Shown here one piece after another: positions 1-11,628 of a stretch of DNA of 64,000 nt. The notes under the pieces were generated by a model, which made no database searches, had not been told where the DNA came from, and saw nothing but the letters and a program-made list of their open reading frames with translations. Numbering within the stretch: position 1 is the first letter of the stretch; the number at the start of each line of letters is the position of its first letter. Both the position numbers and the translations under genes were made by a program. Source of the DNA: Stylophora pistillata (Eukaryota); assembly GCF_002571385.2 (NCBI RefSeq), contig NW_019218004.1, positions 347,241 through 411,240 of the forward strand, read 5' to 3'.

Positions 1-218
1 AACCATAGCGACAAATACTCGTATGATATAATTAACTGTCAGTGACTACCAATATAGAAGGCCAATGACTAATGCCAAGCCGGCCACAATGACATTTCAT
101 TTTAAGACTATTAATATGCCGATAATAGCAGCAGTCGGCAGTTATCACTCGCAAAGGAAAATTTGTGTAGCATTTGACGAACAAGGTGAATGCCTCTGGC
201 GCTGCACAAAATAAGAAC

Positions 219-1178
219 ATGCCTCGCCATCGCCATCGGAAAATCGAAAACTTTACAACAATGGTTGAGCCAACGCAAGCAGTAGACAACATGCCACAAT
301 CGGAGCCTACGCCTGATTGGCGCCAAGGAAGGAAAAGTTGGGGAATAGCTTGGGAGTTGCACTGGATTGGATTTGGTCTTGCATTCAGTATTTTGGCATT
401 TCTTTCTCTCATTTCCTTGATCCAAGCCAGGAAGAAGAGAGGATTTGGACGAAAGCCTTTCGTGATCACAGTGAACGCCTTGTTGTTCGCTTTTGGGGTC
501 ACACGAGCTTCTTATCTCTTGATAGATCCCTATGGATCTCAACAGAATGGTATCGAGGTGCCTTGGTGGTTTTTACAATTCCTTTTCAACATCGCTTTCC
601 CGTGCCTGACCTCGTCGTTCAGTTTGATCTTTTTAGCTTTTCTTGAAGTTTCGAAATTGCAATTGGTGCCAACCAAGTTACAGAATGCTTACATACTTGG
701 TTCAATCTTAACGTTTCACTTTGCCATAGTCCTTGCTAGTGATTTTGCCTCGGCATTTGACGCCGATATCGTTATTTTATTACTCATCTGCCAAGTTTTT
801 GCTATTGTTTGGGGATTTCTTCTTTCCGCCAGCTTTATCTACGGTGGGCTGAAAGTTATATATCAAGTGAGAAATGTTGAGAAACGCCTAGGACTGCAGA
901 ACAGAGCGAACACATCCAAAGTTGCAAAAGTCACTATTGGCACGAGTGTCTTAGGAATTACAAGCAGTATTTTGCAGTTGTATTCACTGGTAAGTGTTTA
1001 CAAATTCTACAACGATGTTCAAGAGCCTGATGTGTGGATGTGGTGGACTTTTCATACCTGTTCTCGCCTTGTAGAAATTGCCATGGCGTGCACACTCACA
1101 TACAGTGTAAGGAGACCTTCCGAAAAGAATCGCCCCGTCAGCGTTAGCAGAAAATTTACCGTGACAGAAACAGTGTGA
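219..1178 (+). CDS. PRRT3/PRRT4-like seven-transmembrane protein, paralog 1
   Basis: Intronless ORF with ~7 hydrophobic segments. Motifs EPxPDW..WGIAWELHWIGFG, TRASYLLIDPY, FPCLTSSF and KVAKVT match the PRRT3/4 TM core as recalled. First ATG is 219; ATG 261 (ACAACAATGG) has better context, so the start is uncertain. Confidence 0.8.
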   Translation: MPRHRHRKIENFTTMVEPTQAVDNMPQSEPTPDWRQGRKSWGIAWELHWIGFGLAFSILAFLSLISLIQARKKRGFGRKPFVITVNALLFAFGVTRASYLLIDPYGSQQNGIEVPWWFLQFLFNIAFPCLTSSFSLIFLAFLEVSKLQLVPTKLQNAYILGSILTFHFAIVLASDFASAFDADIVILLLICQVFAIVWGFLLSASFIYGGLKVIYQVRNVEKRLGLQNRANTSKVAKVTIGTSVLGITSSILQLYSLVSVYKFYNDVQEPDVWMWWTFHTCSRLVEIAMACTLTYSVRRPSEKNRPVSVSRKFTVTETV

Positions 1179-3767
1179 CGAGAGAGAACAGGAATGAGAA
1201 GCAAGCCAGAACTCTATGGAAAGCAAGCTTACTTCAGTGTAATCCACATTACGTGATATTTATTTGGAAAGATTTTACGTTATCTAAGAGATGCTCAAAG
1301 TGAGTTAAAAGTCGTGTCGAAAGTAATCGAAGTACGCTAGTGCTTTTTCGAGAAGAAATTATTCCCACGGATATACCGGACCTTAAAAGGAGAGAGCGGA
1401 AATATATTTAACCGCATTCGCCCGGCAAAGCTGACATTGGCCAAAGTGGTACCTTGTCGACTTCTCACGTACCTCAGTTTGTGTTTTTCTCAAACTAAGA
1501 CACATTTGTAAACTCTTTAATAGCACGAACAACTATAGATAATGTAAGTTGCCGGTAGCAAGTTAATTCCTAAATGGCAAATAGCGACGGGTCGCGAAGT
1601 AAAAAAATTAGGAAAAAAAGCAGTAAATGCTTTACTGGGTACGTTCCCGTTAAAGAAAAAGAGTTCGTTAGTTTCCTACAAATGCCAGGATCTATTCTGT
1701 TTTGTTCTATTTGGTTTTATTCTTTTTTATTACTTTTATCATTTTATTATTTTCAACTGTTTAGGTCAGTTTTTGTTACGTTATGTAACTCCTATTGCAG
1801 TGTCACGTGGCAGGTGTCAGGATGCCGCCAAACGAATATTTTTAATGACTGTATTTTTCCGGAAATGATCCAGTTTTCATTCCTGCCCACACTTACGTTA
1901 GACATGTATATAAAGACAGAATTGGGTCAACAGCCAATGAAATGTTTGTTACAGACGAAGCCATTGTTTTCATTGACTCAATACGCAACACATCTGTAGC
2001 TACGAATTTGACGTTTCATTGGTTTGATACTTAAGGTTTTTTTTCGATAAGAGGAAAAATGGCAGACGTGTCTCGCTTACATAACCAAAATTACATATGT
2101 AGACACGTGCAATCGTTTCCACGAAAATAGAGATTTACTTAATGTCGAAATACTACGGCGAATTTAAACTCAAGTAAGAGGGGTGCTTTGAGATTTTTCT
2201 AAGATTTTGTGATTTGCAAACCTTTTGTCAACTCGGTCGGGAACGAAAAACTATTAGTTCGGTTGGAAACGTATGGGCGGGGGGGGGAGGGGGCAGAAGG
2301 GAAGGAATGGGATGTTGAAGATAAAAACTGTGACGTTGCCGGTCCTTTAATGATGTTATAAAAATCATAATCATAGGACGTTATAATGATAAAAAGTATT
2401 AAATAAAGACTTCTAAACAGGTACATCAGTCTCAAGGTAATGTGATGAAGAGACTGTTATGGCGTTTATTAAAATCACTGAAATTAGCAAGCCTCCAAGC
2501 TGTTTCAAGCGCATTGCTTTGACAAAAAATTGCTCATTCGTGAAACGCCGTGGGCGAACTAATTGTGATACGTTCTATTAATATCGTGGTTGTTCCGTTA
2601 CAGTTATTTACGGCTGGGAAGCCCGCATGCTATGACGTTCGAGAAAGGGAAGTACTTCTGACTAAGCTATGTTGACTTTAATAATATGCTCAGTCTTTTT
2701 CTGTATTTTCTTATTCGCTAAACAATGAAAAGGTGTACTTTTAGATGACTCACGTTCGTTTCGCTCTCGTACTTCCACCTTTTCAGTCTCAATCTACGTC
2801 ATGACATTGTGAATTTGGTCAGTCGTTGAAACCAAATGACTTGTCCTGTCCAAAGAAGGAAACTTAAAACTTAAAATAGTTTGCTCGATCAATGAGGAAA
2901 ATATTTGAGAAGAAAATAAAACCAAAAAAGGGTAAGGATGGTCAAGATAATAAAATATTAATGTGGATTTCCGAAGGGGAACTTAAAGTACTCACGGCTT
3001 AATTTTCTCCTTTATTTACCTTTTCTTTAGAGGACATTTAAAAACAAAATCGTTGGCTATGGTTAAAAAGAAGAGAAAACCCCGGAAATGCGAGTATTTT
3101 CAATGATGTCAGTTAGACTAACCCTTTCACTGCAAGTGGTTATCAGCAAGTAAATTTATTTTGCAACTTTCAAGGATTGAGAAAACTACAGAATAGTAAT
3201 AATTACGGATTAACAAGTGCGTACGATCAAGCATAGGAATGAATAGTTTTGTCTCGGCGTAACAGATCAAAGTGTCATTAAACCTACGAACATGTAGGTT
3301 CTGATTTGTGATAACTCATTTCGTTAGATCAAATGACTGCAATTTATCTACGTATCGTACTTCCCATGGCATCCAGACCGAAGCACGCCGACCCGCGGGA
3401 TTTCACTTAGCCAGCGGGATTCGAAGCTTACACATGAAACCGAGGCTGGTGGTCAGCTATTCCAAGATGGCGCTCAAACTCTGAGATCGAACAACATCTA
3501 GAAAGAAGTGATACGATTTGTATGTGTTCTCCTAACGTTGAACGCAACCAGAGAATATGGCCTCGATTACAGACTAAGTTCTCAGGAAGAGCTAGCGAAC
3601 AGTATATGATTATCAATTAAAAGACCTTTTCAGAATTTGCAATTGAAAAGGCCAAAACGTCTTAGAGACGGTGAATTTGAAAAAATATTGAGCTCAATTT
3701 TTAAAGATGGTCTTTCCTGTCTCCCTCCCCTAATGTCGCTCCTTTGATACCCCTTCCCCACTTATGC

Positions 3768-5230
3768 TAGCCTGCGAAGCAAGCCCTGGGGGAGAGGAGG
3801 GGGAATTGGGGCGAGCGGAATGTGCGGAGGGGAGAGGGAGGGCTTGCCACAGACCCCCACTAACCAACGAAATTTCCGATCTCGTATGGACGAAAAATTC
3901 CCATTGGCTGAGAGCAACACGTTGTCAATCAACCCTCGGACTAAACTGTCTTCGTGGCGATTACCTTTTAGAAAATGGCGGACGACGGTGATTTCGAGAA
4001 GTTCTGCCCTCAAGAATCGATGTCGAAGTAGAATATTTGTGGCAGCCATCCACTTGTTCAAGCTCAGGGCCTTGATAAGAATGGCGTCTTCATTCTCAAA
4101 CTTGCCCTTAACCACAACATTGCAAAGCCGATGGATGTTGCATCCAAATTATCAATGTTTAAATTTATATCCATCGCTGAAGTTGAGGGTTGTCCTTTCG
4201 TCGGAGAGTCAAACAACGCTTCCCTGCTAGATGTAGGTTTTGCATGTGCCGAGCAGCGGACACGCAAGCTCTTTCTACCTAGACTTTTTCCTGTCGGTGT
4301 TGAGAACTTTCATTTCGACGGAACATCACGGGAATCCGGACATTGAGAAGCGGCCTTATTCAAAAATTCATAAAACTGGCAAAAACTGTTAGCTTTTCTT
4401 GCACAAGGAAGGCATATAATTTAAGATATGTGCGACTTATTTTCGAAGTGAAAACCGACCGTTCGAAGGCGATCGGCGAAGACACACTGAAATTATTCCC
4501 TTTGACTCTGATTAAAAATGTTTACAAAACTCTTGAAGCCACTTCCAAATTTAATTCTTTTAAGAATTAAATTTGGAAGATTTAAAAATCTAGTTTTAGT
4601 TGTTGTTTTACTTGTTGCTGTTGGGTAGATTTAAAGATCTACTCCACAAAACCGGCATTTGCTGGACTCCTCCGGCCGCTGGAGACAGTATCCAAGACAA
4701 GTCACAAATTTGATGTTAACGTGTTTAATAATCGCAAGATTCTCAAGGTCTTCGCACAATCACGGTCAATCTAATTCTCTTGTTCAATAGATTCGAATTA
4801 ACAACTTAAAAGGGTGGACAGGCTCTTAATAATACGCACGAGCTCCCGTTGTCACGGGTTACATAATTACGTAATATGTGCCCCAGTCCCCGACAGGCAA
4901 GCTACGTCTTCTGGATTAACTCTTGGCTTTCTCCCTCTCTTAGATTTTGATACCAAATTCTCCTTGTCGTCTGACATTTCTCGCTCACGTGGAGCAAGTT
5001 TTAGCTGTTGTTTTGACAGTTTGCATGGTTCACTGAGCTCTCGCTAACGGCGCTTCCTGATTGGTTAATTTTAAGAGGCGCTGATTGACACATGCAAGAC
5101 GATATGAATATGAAAATAAGGGGCGTTTCGTTAGCTTGTGGGGGTCTGTGGCAAGCCCTCCCTTTCCCCTTCGCACATTCCGCTCCCCCCAGTCCCCCCT
5201 CCTTTCCCCAAGGGCTTGCTTCGCAGGCTA
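3768..5230. mobile_element. Non-autonomous DNA transposon with ~105-bp TIRs (TAG...CTA) and 9-bp TSD; Academ/AcademH-like
   Basis: TAGCCTGCGAAGCAAGCCCT... at 3768 is the reverse complement of ...GGGCTTGCTTCGCAGGCTA ending at 5230. CACTTATGC is duplicated at 3759-3767 and 5231-5239. Superfamily inferred from termini and TSD length. Confidence 0.85.
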
Positions 5231-5539
5231 CACTTATGCGGGTGAATGTATACATGCATTTTTCTCATTGCACAGAACGCCAGGAGGAAAGTCTTTTGAA
5301 CAATTTTTCTCATGCCTAACTTTTAATGATAACTTGCAGGTAGATAAATTGAAGTCTGCCGAAACTGCGCCACTTTGAAAGGAAATCATTAACTTGTCTC
5401 CCTTTTCAATCCTAAGCTCATCGGTGACGTCGGCAGTGTGAGTTAGTGTTTTCAGCGGTCTTTTACAGGGCTATGACGTCTTTCAATATTAAAATAATTA
5501 TGTCGCTTAGTGTGAACCTTCATATTTCAAAACAGAGAG

Positions 5540-5543
<4 letters not shown>

Positions 5544-5595
<52 letters not shown>
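5544..5595. repeat. (GT)n microsatellite
   Basis: Perfect TG dinucleotide run, seen directly. Confidence 0.95.
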
Positions 5596-5597
<2 letters not shown>

Positions 5598-5616
5598 TCG
5601 ATCTGGTATCGTTTAA

Positions 5617-7163
5617 AGTGCTACTGAAACGTAATTTTCATATCCGAGATTTTGCAAAATAATAGAGTTTGAACGTTATTTGCAAACGCTGTGTACTTTT
5701 TTTGGGCCAACGCATAGCCGAAAGTACATTTTTAACCATTCGAAGTTGACCGGCTGAGATCAAAATTGGCGGCCATCTTGGCGCGGCCAAAACAGCCCTG
5801 TGACGTCACTGGTTGTGTACTTCTGTGAAAGAAGGGTAAAAGCATGGAGTGTGGCTTGCATGTTGGGAGGCCGAAAAAGAGGATTTCGGGCAAAATGCCA
5901 TCCTNNNNNNNNNNNNNNNNNNNNNNNNNNNNNNNNNNNNNNNNNNNNNNNNNNNNNNNNNNNNNNNNNNNNNNNNNNNNNNNNNNNNNNNNNNNNNNNN
6001 NNNNNNNNNNNNNNNNNNNNNNNNNNNNNNNNNNNNNNNNNNNNNNNNNNNNNNNNNNNNNNNNNNNNNNNNNNNNNNNNNNNNNNNNNNNTCGAAAGAC
6101 ATTATAACGGCAGATGGGCTACTAAACGCCCCGGGCCAAAGCAATGCCATTCAGAGAATGAAGAAAACATGGAAGCCTCATACGACACCGCCACTGAAGA
6201 TGATCTACTCGGCAAGTCTGAGGATAACGAACAAATCCCTCTGTACCAAATGCCTAGCAGAACATGCCCAGAATCCCTACAATATAGGGCGAGGGCCAAA
6301 ATAAGAGCAGACGAGGATTTCAAAAATGAGATAAAGCAAATCCTTAACAACGCGGAGCAAGAAACAGTAAAGGCGATCATGTGCTTCTATGAACGTGAAA
6401 TCGGTCGTTTTAATACCGAAATAAAGAAAAGAAAACGAGCCAAAACGGCTGGAACACTGAACACTAAGAACTGTAGTACGATCGAATCAGCGCGCGTGGC
6501 GCAAGCTGAAAGCAATCAAGACAACTTAACGATCGAGACAGTCAAAAAAATAGCTGTACATCTACAAAGGCGAACGATTCGAAAAAGACGCAATCCCTGA
6601 TGTGCGTACTCAGTGCCACACATAAAGCAAATTCTCATGAAAAACTGGCATTTAATAGAAACACAACCACTACTGAGCGAACTATACAAAAATCCGCCGC
6701 TCGTATCTTACAAAAGAGGGCGGTCGCTCAAAGACATACTCGTGAGGGCTAAACTTTGAATAGGCTACTCTAAACACACGCTTGGGAGTCGTGTAGGCCT
6801 GTCAACCCCATTTTACGCCACCATCTTCCTCTTCGCTACTGGAGACAACTTCGCTTCGTTCAGAAGAAGATTCACTTGACAAAACTTCAATATCTGCCAT
6901 CTCCTTCGCCCACGAATACAAACAAACAGTGAGTGAAATAAACCACGCTATCGGAGTGAACACAACCAGTGACGTCATCAATCCATTTCGCTCGGTACCA
7001 GGGCCCGGACATGGTTTTGTGTAAAATTTTTGATTTGAACGGTTAAAAAAGATATCTTTCGCTTCTTTTTGGCCAAAGCAAATTATCTCATGATGATCAG
7101 CATATTCAACACTACAGGTTAGAGCAAATATTTCAGATACGAAAATTTCGTTTCAGTAGCACT
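5617..7163. mobile_element. Kolobok-like non-autonomous DNA transposon, copy 1, with Penelope-like cargo
   Basis: TIR AGTGCTACTGAAACG / CGTTTCAGTAGCACT flanked by TTAA at 5613-5616 and 7164-7167. AG...CT termini with TTAA fit Kolobok better than piggyBac. Near-identical copy at 38147-38880. Gap at 5905-6091. Confidence 0.8.
6092..6815 (+). mobile_element. Internally deleted Penelope-like element fragment (N-terminal region plus RT C-terminus, no GIY-YIG)
   Basis: Encodes ..CPESLQYRARAKIRADEDFKNEIKQIL.. and, in another frame, ..IKQILMKNWHLIETQPLLSELYKNPPLVSYKRGRSLKDILVRAKL* (stop 6757-6759). The latter resembles the PLE RT thumb/linker also seen at 12760-13152. Confidence 0.6.
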
Positions 7164-8846
7164 TTAACGACGATTATCAGTTTATTGTCTTTGGTTTGAA
7201 GCGCGTAGAATCTCATTTTCTTTGTTTTGTTGGTGTCATATCATACCCTTATAAGTCATAACTTAGGGCTGTCAAGAATAATTCAATTTCGCGTCCTTAA
7301 AAAGCTTCCTTAATATAATGGGGAAAAATGGAGTCCAGTTATTAAGTCTTACTTGTGTTCGGCTTTCTGTGATCTGGTAATGATTTTACTTGGATAGGGG
7401 TTATTTATTAGACCTAGACCTCGAGATTTTGAGGACTAGAAGCTATGATGAGTTTTCCAAAACTTTTTTAGAAACAATTTTTTATTCTATTTCAAAGACG
7501 AGCTTTACGAACAAAACTAATGTTTTTGACCGACTCTAATTTCTTAATTTTGAGGATATAGTTTTTATTGTAGATAAAAAATTATTTAAACTTTTCTATC
7601 TCTACATCAGCAAGCCTATTCATCAGTTGTTTTATTAATTAATTTGAAACAGAAGTTTGAAGTGTCAGAGGCAGGCTAAATTTTGGTGGTTTAATTTCAA
7701 TTGTAGCTATAACTCTCAAAAGCTTTAGCTATCTTGAAATTAACTTATGTCAAAGTGGTTCAATACTCATCAATAATTACAAGCTGCTCGTGCGTTAACA
7801 ACAATTTTCAATAGCCCATAAACCGTGTCCTCAAGTCTGTATGATAACTACATTTCCATTAGGAATCATATTTTACGAAGCAGGCGGAAAATTTCAATTA
7901 CGAAAAGCCTTTGCGCAGCTTGCAGTCCATTGCCGAAGTTTTGCCTATTTACAAAAGGTTTTGAAACCAGTCAGAAATGATATGCCATATTTACATAGAA
8001 ACAAAACTGTACAAACTAGCTTGACAGATTTTGCTCTTCATTTCGTTTTCGCATTTGGTCGTGCGTGGGCAAATCCATTATGGAAATAGCATATTTTTCG
8101 ACTAAAAGGAACGCAGTATTGTTATTAATTGTATGGCTAATGACTAACCGGGTTAATTGGAATTATCTTTGAACAGACTTGAAGCTTCCTTAAGCTGTAT
8201 CTATCAGTTGCCAATATCCGGTAAGAAGTAGGTGGTTCGGTTAAAATTACACCCTGCATTTGATTTTGAGCTATATTAAAATTATCACTTTTATTTATTC
8301 ATCGCCTTGAAGGCTGCCTTGGCCTCGGAAAACGCTTTTGCGGTATTCTGAACTGAAGGATTAGTGGCGGCCGAGACAAAGTGAACTTTTGAAAGATCCT
8401 AGGCGACAGTGCCTGCTGGACGAGATTTTCTCCGTGAAGACCATTGTTTCTAATTGTGTCTTGTGACGTTTTTGTTTCTGTCTCTTAAGAAGGCTGGTTT
8501 ATATTAACGGCCACAGCTCTCAAAGGCGCCTCGATCAACGTCACGAAATCTTGCACATAAAGACACAAGTCGATAACTTAGTAAAGATTCAAGAAGGTAT
8601 CTGCAACAGCAAGTTATGTCCATGATTTGTTAAGCGTTTGGTACTACTATTTGCTGATATCCAAGGCAACAAACAAGATCGGCAAAGCGGCTGTCTTTTA
8701 GAATACGTATAGCATTTACAGCTGTACAGCTTTGGGTAATAAGCATTTCCAAGACAGTAGAGCGGATTTTAAAACCGCACTTCCGCTATTAACCTACCTT
8801 GTCTCCAAACACAAGATCTTTTTCTTCAGTACAGTTTCTTTCAGTT

Positions 8847-9854
8847 ATGTCTGATTCTACGTTGGTAACGAACACAACATCTTCGCAGGCCACTACGGAA
8901 CCTCGCGCCGAACCACATGCTGAGCCAGGCCCTGACTGGGAAATAGCGACGCAGAAATGGGGAGTAGCTTGGCAAGTGCATTGGGCTGGATTCGGTGTCA
9001 TTTTCAGTATGTTAGCTCTGCGCTCCGTTATCGCCCTATCGCAAGTCAGAAAGAGAGAAGGATTTGGTAGAAAGCCCTTGGTCGTTGCTATCAACGCGTT
9101 GCTCATGACACAAGGAATGACACGAGCCTTATTTTTGTTTCTAGATCCTTACGAATCAAGGACGAATGGATTAAAAGTCCCATCTTGGCTGACGAATTTA
9201 CTCTACGGTATCACATTTCCTTGTTTGACTTCCTCTTTCTGCCTCATACACTTGGCATTTGTTGAAGTCTCCAAGGTCCAAATTGGATCTAATAAACTTC
9301 AAAGTGTGTCCTTCTTAAGCGTGGTTATAACGATTCACTTTGGGGTGGTCGTAACGGCAGAAACAGTAACCGCTCTGAGGGCGGATCTTACACCCTTGAT
9401 TATTGTGTGCCAGTCGCTTTTCATCCTTTGGGGCTTCCTCCTCTCGACGAGCTTTATTTACAGCGGATTAAAAGTCATTCAACGTGATGTCGCTGTTCAG
9501 AGGGAACTGCAAATCGTCCAGATCGACAAGGCTAGTAAGATGGGGAGACCAAAACAAACAAAGAGAACTATTAAAGTTGCGAAGATCACCATGGCAACTA
9601 GTATTTTAGGATTTGCATGCTGTGGACTGCAGCTGTATTCACTATTTGGCGTGTACACCTTATATAGTAAAGTTGTAAACCCTGCTCCTTGGCCGTGGTG
9701 GACATTTCAAACGTGTTTTAGACTGGTGGAATTCTTCATGGCTTGCACCATAGCCTACAGTGTTATGCAACGTTCCTCAGCCAGAGAAATAAGCGAAGCC
9801 AACAAACAAAGCAACGACATCAGCCAAAACATAATAAAGCCTGGGAACCACTAG
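8847..9854 (+). CDS. PRRT3/PRRT4-like seven-transmembrane protein, paralog 2
   Basis: ORF with AEPGPDW..WGVAWQVHW, LDPY, FPCLTSSF, KVAKIT and PWPWW. First in-frame ATG is 8847, just after a pyrimidine tract plus CAG. Confidence 0.85.
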   Translation: MSDSTLVTNTTSSQATTEPRAEPHAEPGPDWEIATQKWGVAWQVHWAGFGVIFSMLALRSVIALSQVRKREGFGRKPLVVAINALLMTQGMTRALFLFLDPYESRTNGLKVPSWLTNLLYGITFPCLTSSFCLIHLAFVEVSKVQIGSNKLQSVSFLSVVITIHFGVVVTAETVTALRADLTPLIIVCQSLFILWGFLLSTSFIYSGLKVIQRDVAVQRELQIVQIDKASKMGRPKQTKRTIKVAKITMATSILGFACCGLQLYSLFGVYTLYSKVVNPAPWPWWTFQTCFRLVEFFMACTIAYSVMQRSSAREISEANKQSNDISQNIIKPGNH

Positions 9855-10627
9855 GATTGTTCGCGCTGCAACTTATTGCCCTTTAGACGAGTAAGCATAC
9901 ATACATACATACATACATACATACAGATCTTTATTTGATAGGTAGTTAAAAAATTGGCAACTTTACAGCTGATGTGGACCTACCATATTATCTACGTAAA
10001 ATAAGATAAATAAACCCAGAGTAAAGTGTTAAATAAGAAACAGAATAAATATAAATATAAATGTGTCATAATATATCAGAAATAGTAAAAATTTGAGTTC
10101 TCATTATAAACAACAGAGCCACCCCCTTTCCAAAATTTATATTTACAAAATCATTTTTTGCCATTTTAAGCCTATTTTTACAAGCACTTGGATTAAAAAG
10201 TGTCTTAAATTACCTGGTAAGAAATTCCAAGCAATTGCTGCTCTGTGTACAAAAGAACTACGGCAAGTTCAGTATTAGGTCCATCAATTAAAATATTTAG
10301 CGATTTTCTAAGATTATAACTATTAGAACACTTAACAACGCAGGAATTTACTTCATTTAAGCCCAAGCCATAAAATGCCATGTGAGTAATAGTTAGATAC
10401 GAAACTTATAGAAATACTCAAGAGGCATCCACCCAACTCTTGCTAATATATCATCATCCCTCATACATTTTTGTAACTTATGTATCAGGCTAGCAGCTCT
10501 AATATTTATCATTTCCAGCTCTTTAAGCTTAGTGCGAGACCCCCAAATCACAATTCCATATAAGACACTTGGGATTACTGTCTTAAAGCAAATAGTTTCT
10601 AAAATAGATTTAGGTACAAATCTCATA

Positions 10628-10848
10628 CAATTTTTTAGTGTAATAGAAAAAATCCGAGCCCCAGATGGGACTTGAACCCAATACTTGGCTGTGTAGCCGG
10701 GCGATGCGGTTCCAGTCGAGGCCCACAAATTGACCCTTGCTCACTATAGAGTCTCCAGTAGCTCAGTGATTAGAGTATCCGACTAGATCACGGAGGGTCG
10801 TGGGTTCTAGTCCCATCTGGGGCTCGGATTTTTTTCTATTACACTAAA
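10628..10848 (+). mobile_element. tRNA-derived SINE-like insertion with inverted duplicate of its 3' end and 10-bp TSD
   Basis: A-box-like TAGCTCAGTGATTAGAG and B-box-like GGGTTCTAGTCC. 10631-10679 is an inverted repeat of 10802-10850. AAATCTCATA is duplicated at 10618-10627 and 10849-10858; removing the insert restores the LINE frame (KMLTHMRFVPK). Confidence 0.8.
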
Positions 10849-11340
10849 AAATCTCATATGTGTCAGCATTTTTAACTTTCGTGTGAAATGAAGAACGAGT
10901 TAATTTGATATGCTGAGACCAAGATAACTGGTCATCGATTGTAACTCCGAGGAACACAGAGGAGGATATATACCGAATTATGTCCTCACTTCACTTCAGA
11001 GGTTTCATAGGACCTATGAAGGGCTCAGTGCTCAAAATCATCGCTTCGAATTTACCTTTATGAACCAGTCTATTCTTAAGACTCCAGGAATTAACCTGGT
11101 CTAAGACTTCTTGTAAGATTATGACAATATCGTCAACAGAATTCCCTATAACATAAATTGTTGTATCGTCTGCATGCATAGATAATTTCCCATTGGTCAC
11201 GTGATCCGGTAGGTCATTAACATAAGTAGCAAATAGTCTTGGGCCTAGCAAAGATCCTTGAGGAACTCCAACTCTAACAGGTTTTAGATCTGGTCTAACA
11301 TTATTGACTTGAGTCCCTTGCATACGGTTGTGAGATAAGC

Positions 11341-11628
11341 ATTGATCGAGCTTAATTGAGAAGAATTTGCTACCTTTCTGTAACATCAAGAAATGATTAG
11401 ATATTCTAGTCTTGTCGGATAGGGACGAATAAATGGAGTTCCCGTCTCCTGCAGGGTTGGGGTAGGAGACGTAAAGCTCCCACAAACGAGATTAGTGTGA
11501 TGGATGTCCTCCCCTGGGGTGGGATGGGTGGGAGGGTGGACTAGCACGAATGGTTTGTATGTTCCTTTCTAGTCCTTCCCCACTGCAAATAATGCAATGA
11601 AAATGGAGTAGATTAAATTAAATTAATT
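11341..11628 (+). mobile_element. SINE-like fragment nested in the LINE
   Basis: Non-LINE segment interrupting the RT between the AFD and PQG motifs, ending in a (TTAAA)n-like tail. Family assignment uncertain. Confidence 0.5.

Noticed and set aside
5800-6600. 266-aa ORF as a single gene
   Set aside because: It spans an N gap and joins transposon arm sequence to PLE-like cargo; the frame across the gap is unknown.
10750-10825. Possible tRNA gene (also tRNA-like stretches near 26310 and 58895)
   Set aside because: No complete cloverleaf or acceptor stem, and at 10.6-10.8 kb it is embedded in a TSD-flanked insertion; these are treated as SINE heads.
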